From Bugula neritina (taxonomy: Eukaryota; Animalia; Bryozoa), in the NCBI GenBank assembly GCA_964035545.1, contig OZ037767.1, forward strand, positions 26,490,628 to 26,554,627: 64,000 bases of DNA, in the 5' to 3' direction. Position 1 is the stretch's first letter; each line of letters begins with the position of its first letter. The translations under genes and the position numbers were made by a program. The notes under the pieces are model-generated. The model was not told where the DNA came from and did not search any database. It was given only the letters and a program-made list of their open reading frames with translations. Shown here piece after piece: positions 63,446 to 64,000 of the stretch.

Positions 63446-64000
63446 CTGTAATGTTGTAGACTACAGCCATAGAGTTTAACCTATGCTGTGGGTTGAATAA
63501 TCTATCAAGCTGCCGGTAATGAACCACTTATATTTTGTGAAAGTCTCAGGTTTTGACCTAATTATAAGTAAAAACAATGATAGGTACTTTAATTAGCTTC
63601 TGTGCCATTGGTCAATTCAGTTGCATAGATGTAATATACTAAAGATCGTTAAACTTTAATATTGCAATAGAGATCTAATCAAGTATACAAATGCTTGTTA
63701 ATAACCAGTGTTCAATCTAATTAGCAAAGAAAGTTTGAAGTAATGCTTCAAAAACAAATGAAAAGATTAAAATATTACGAGTTAAGCAGTATATAATATT
63801 ATTGGTTTAAAACTTCCTACCCACACAAACTGTCTACTTATACAATTTATAAACTGAAAGTTTATCACAAATTGTTTGCAGCAAATTAGAATTTTGAGTT
63901 ACATCTATATAAGTTTTGAATAAAAAGCAAGACGGAGCCAATCTTATATATGCACCTATTTCAATGCCATAGCTTTCATTTCTCTTTCTGGTTACACATG

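Overview
AT-rich, intron-containing eukaryotic DNA, most likely from an invertebrate animal. Left to right: (1) three tandem, intact 7-exon clan-2 (CYP2-like) cytochrome P450 genes on + (232-15585). The middle copy looks like an unequal-crossover hybrid, and the spacers carry relics of the next gene. (2) A minus-strand coiled-coil gene of unknown family (about 17.3-21.2 kb). (3) A minus-strand type-I membrane protein with a tyrosine-motif tail (22897-26359). (4) A minus-strand, probably lipid-anchored multi-tyrosine docking protein (27839-37986). Its introns hold a 598-bp inverted repeat and a 35-bp minisatellite built from its own splice donor. (5) A divergently transcribed secreted protein (44755-59799) with two FGF/IL-1-like beta-trefoil-type repeats separated by a furin-type RTKR site, plus a basic tail. 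(6) Inside that gene's last intron, a complete and very recent BEL/Pao LTR retrotransposon (49982-58728). It has no tRNA-type PBS, but the 8 nt at the PBS position are exactly complementary to a motif in its own LTR, which suggests self-priming. (7) The 3' part of another minus-strand gene (60851 to the window end). All exon models were built by eye from splice signals and frame continuity; none is confirmed by transcript data.
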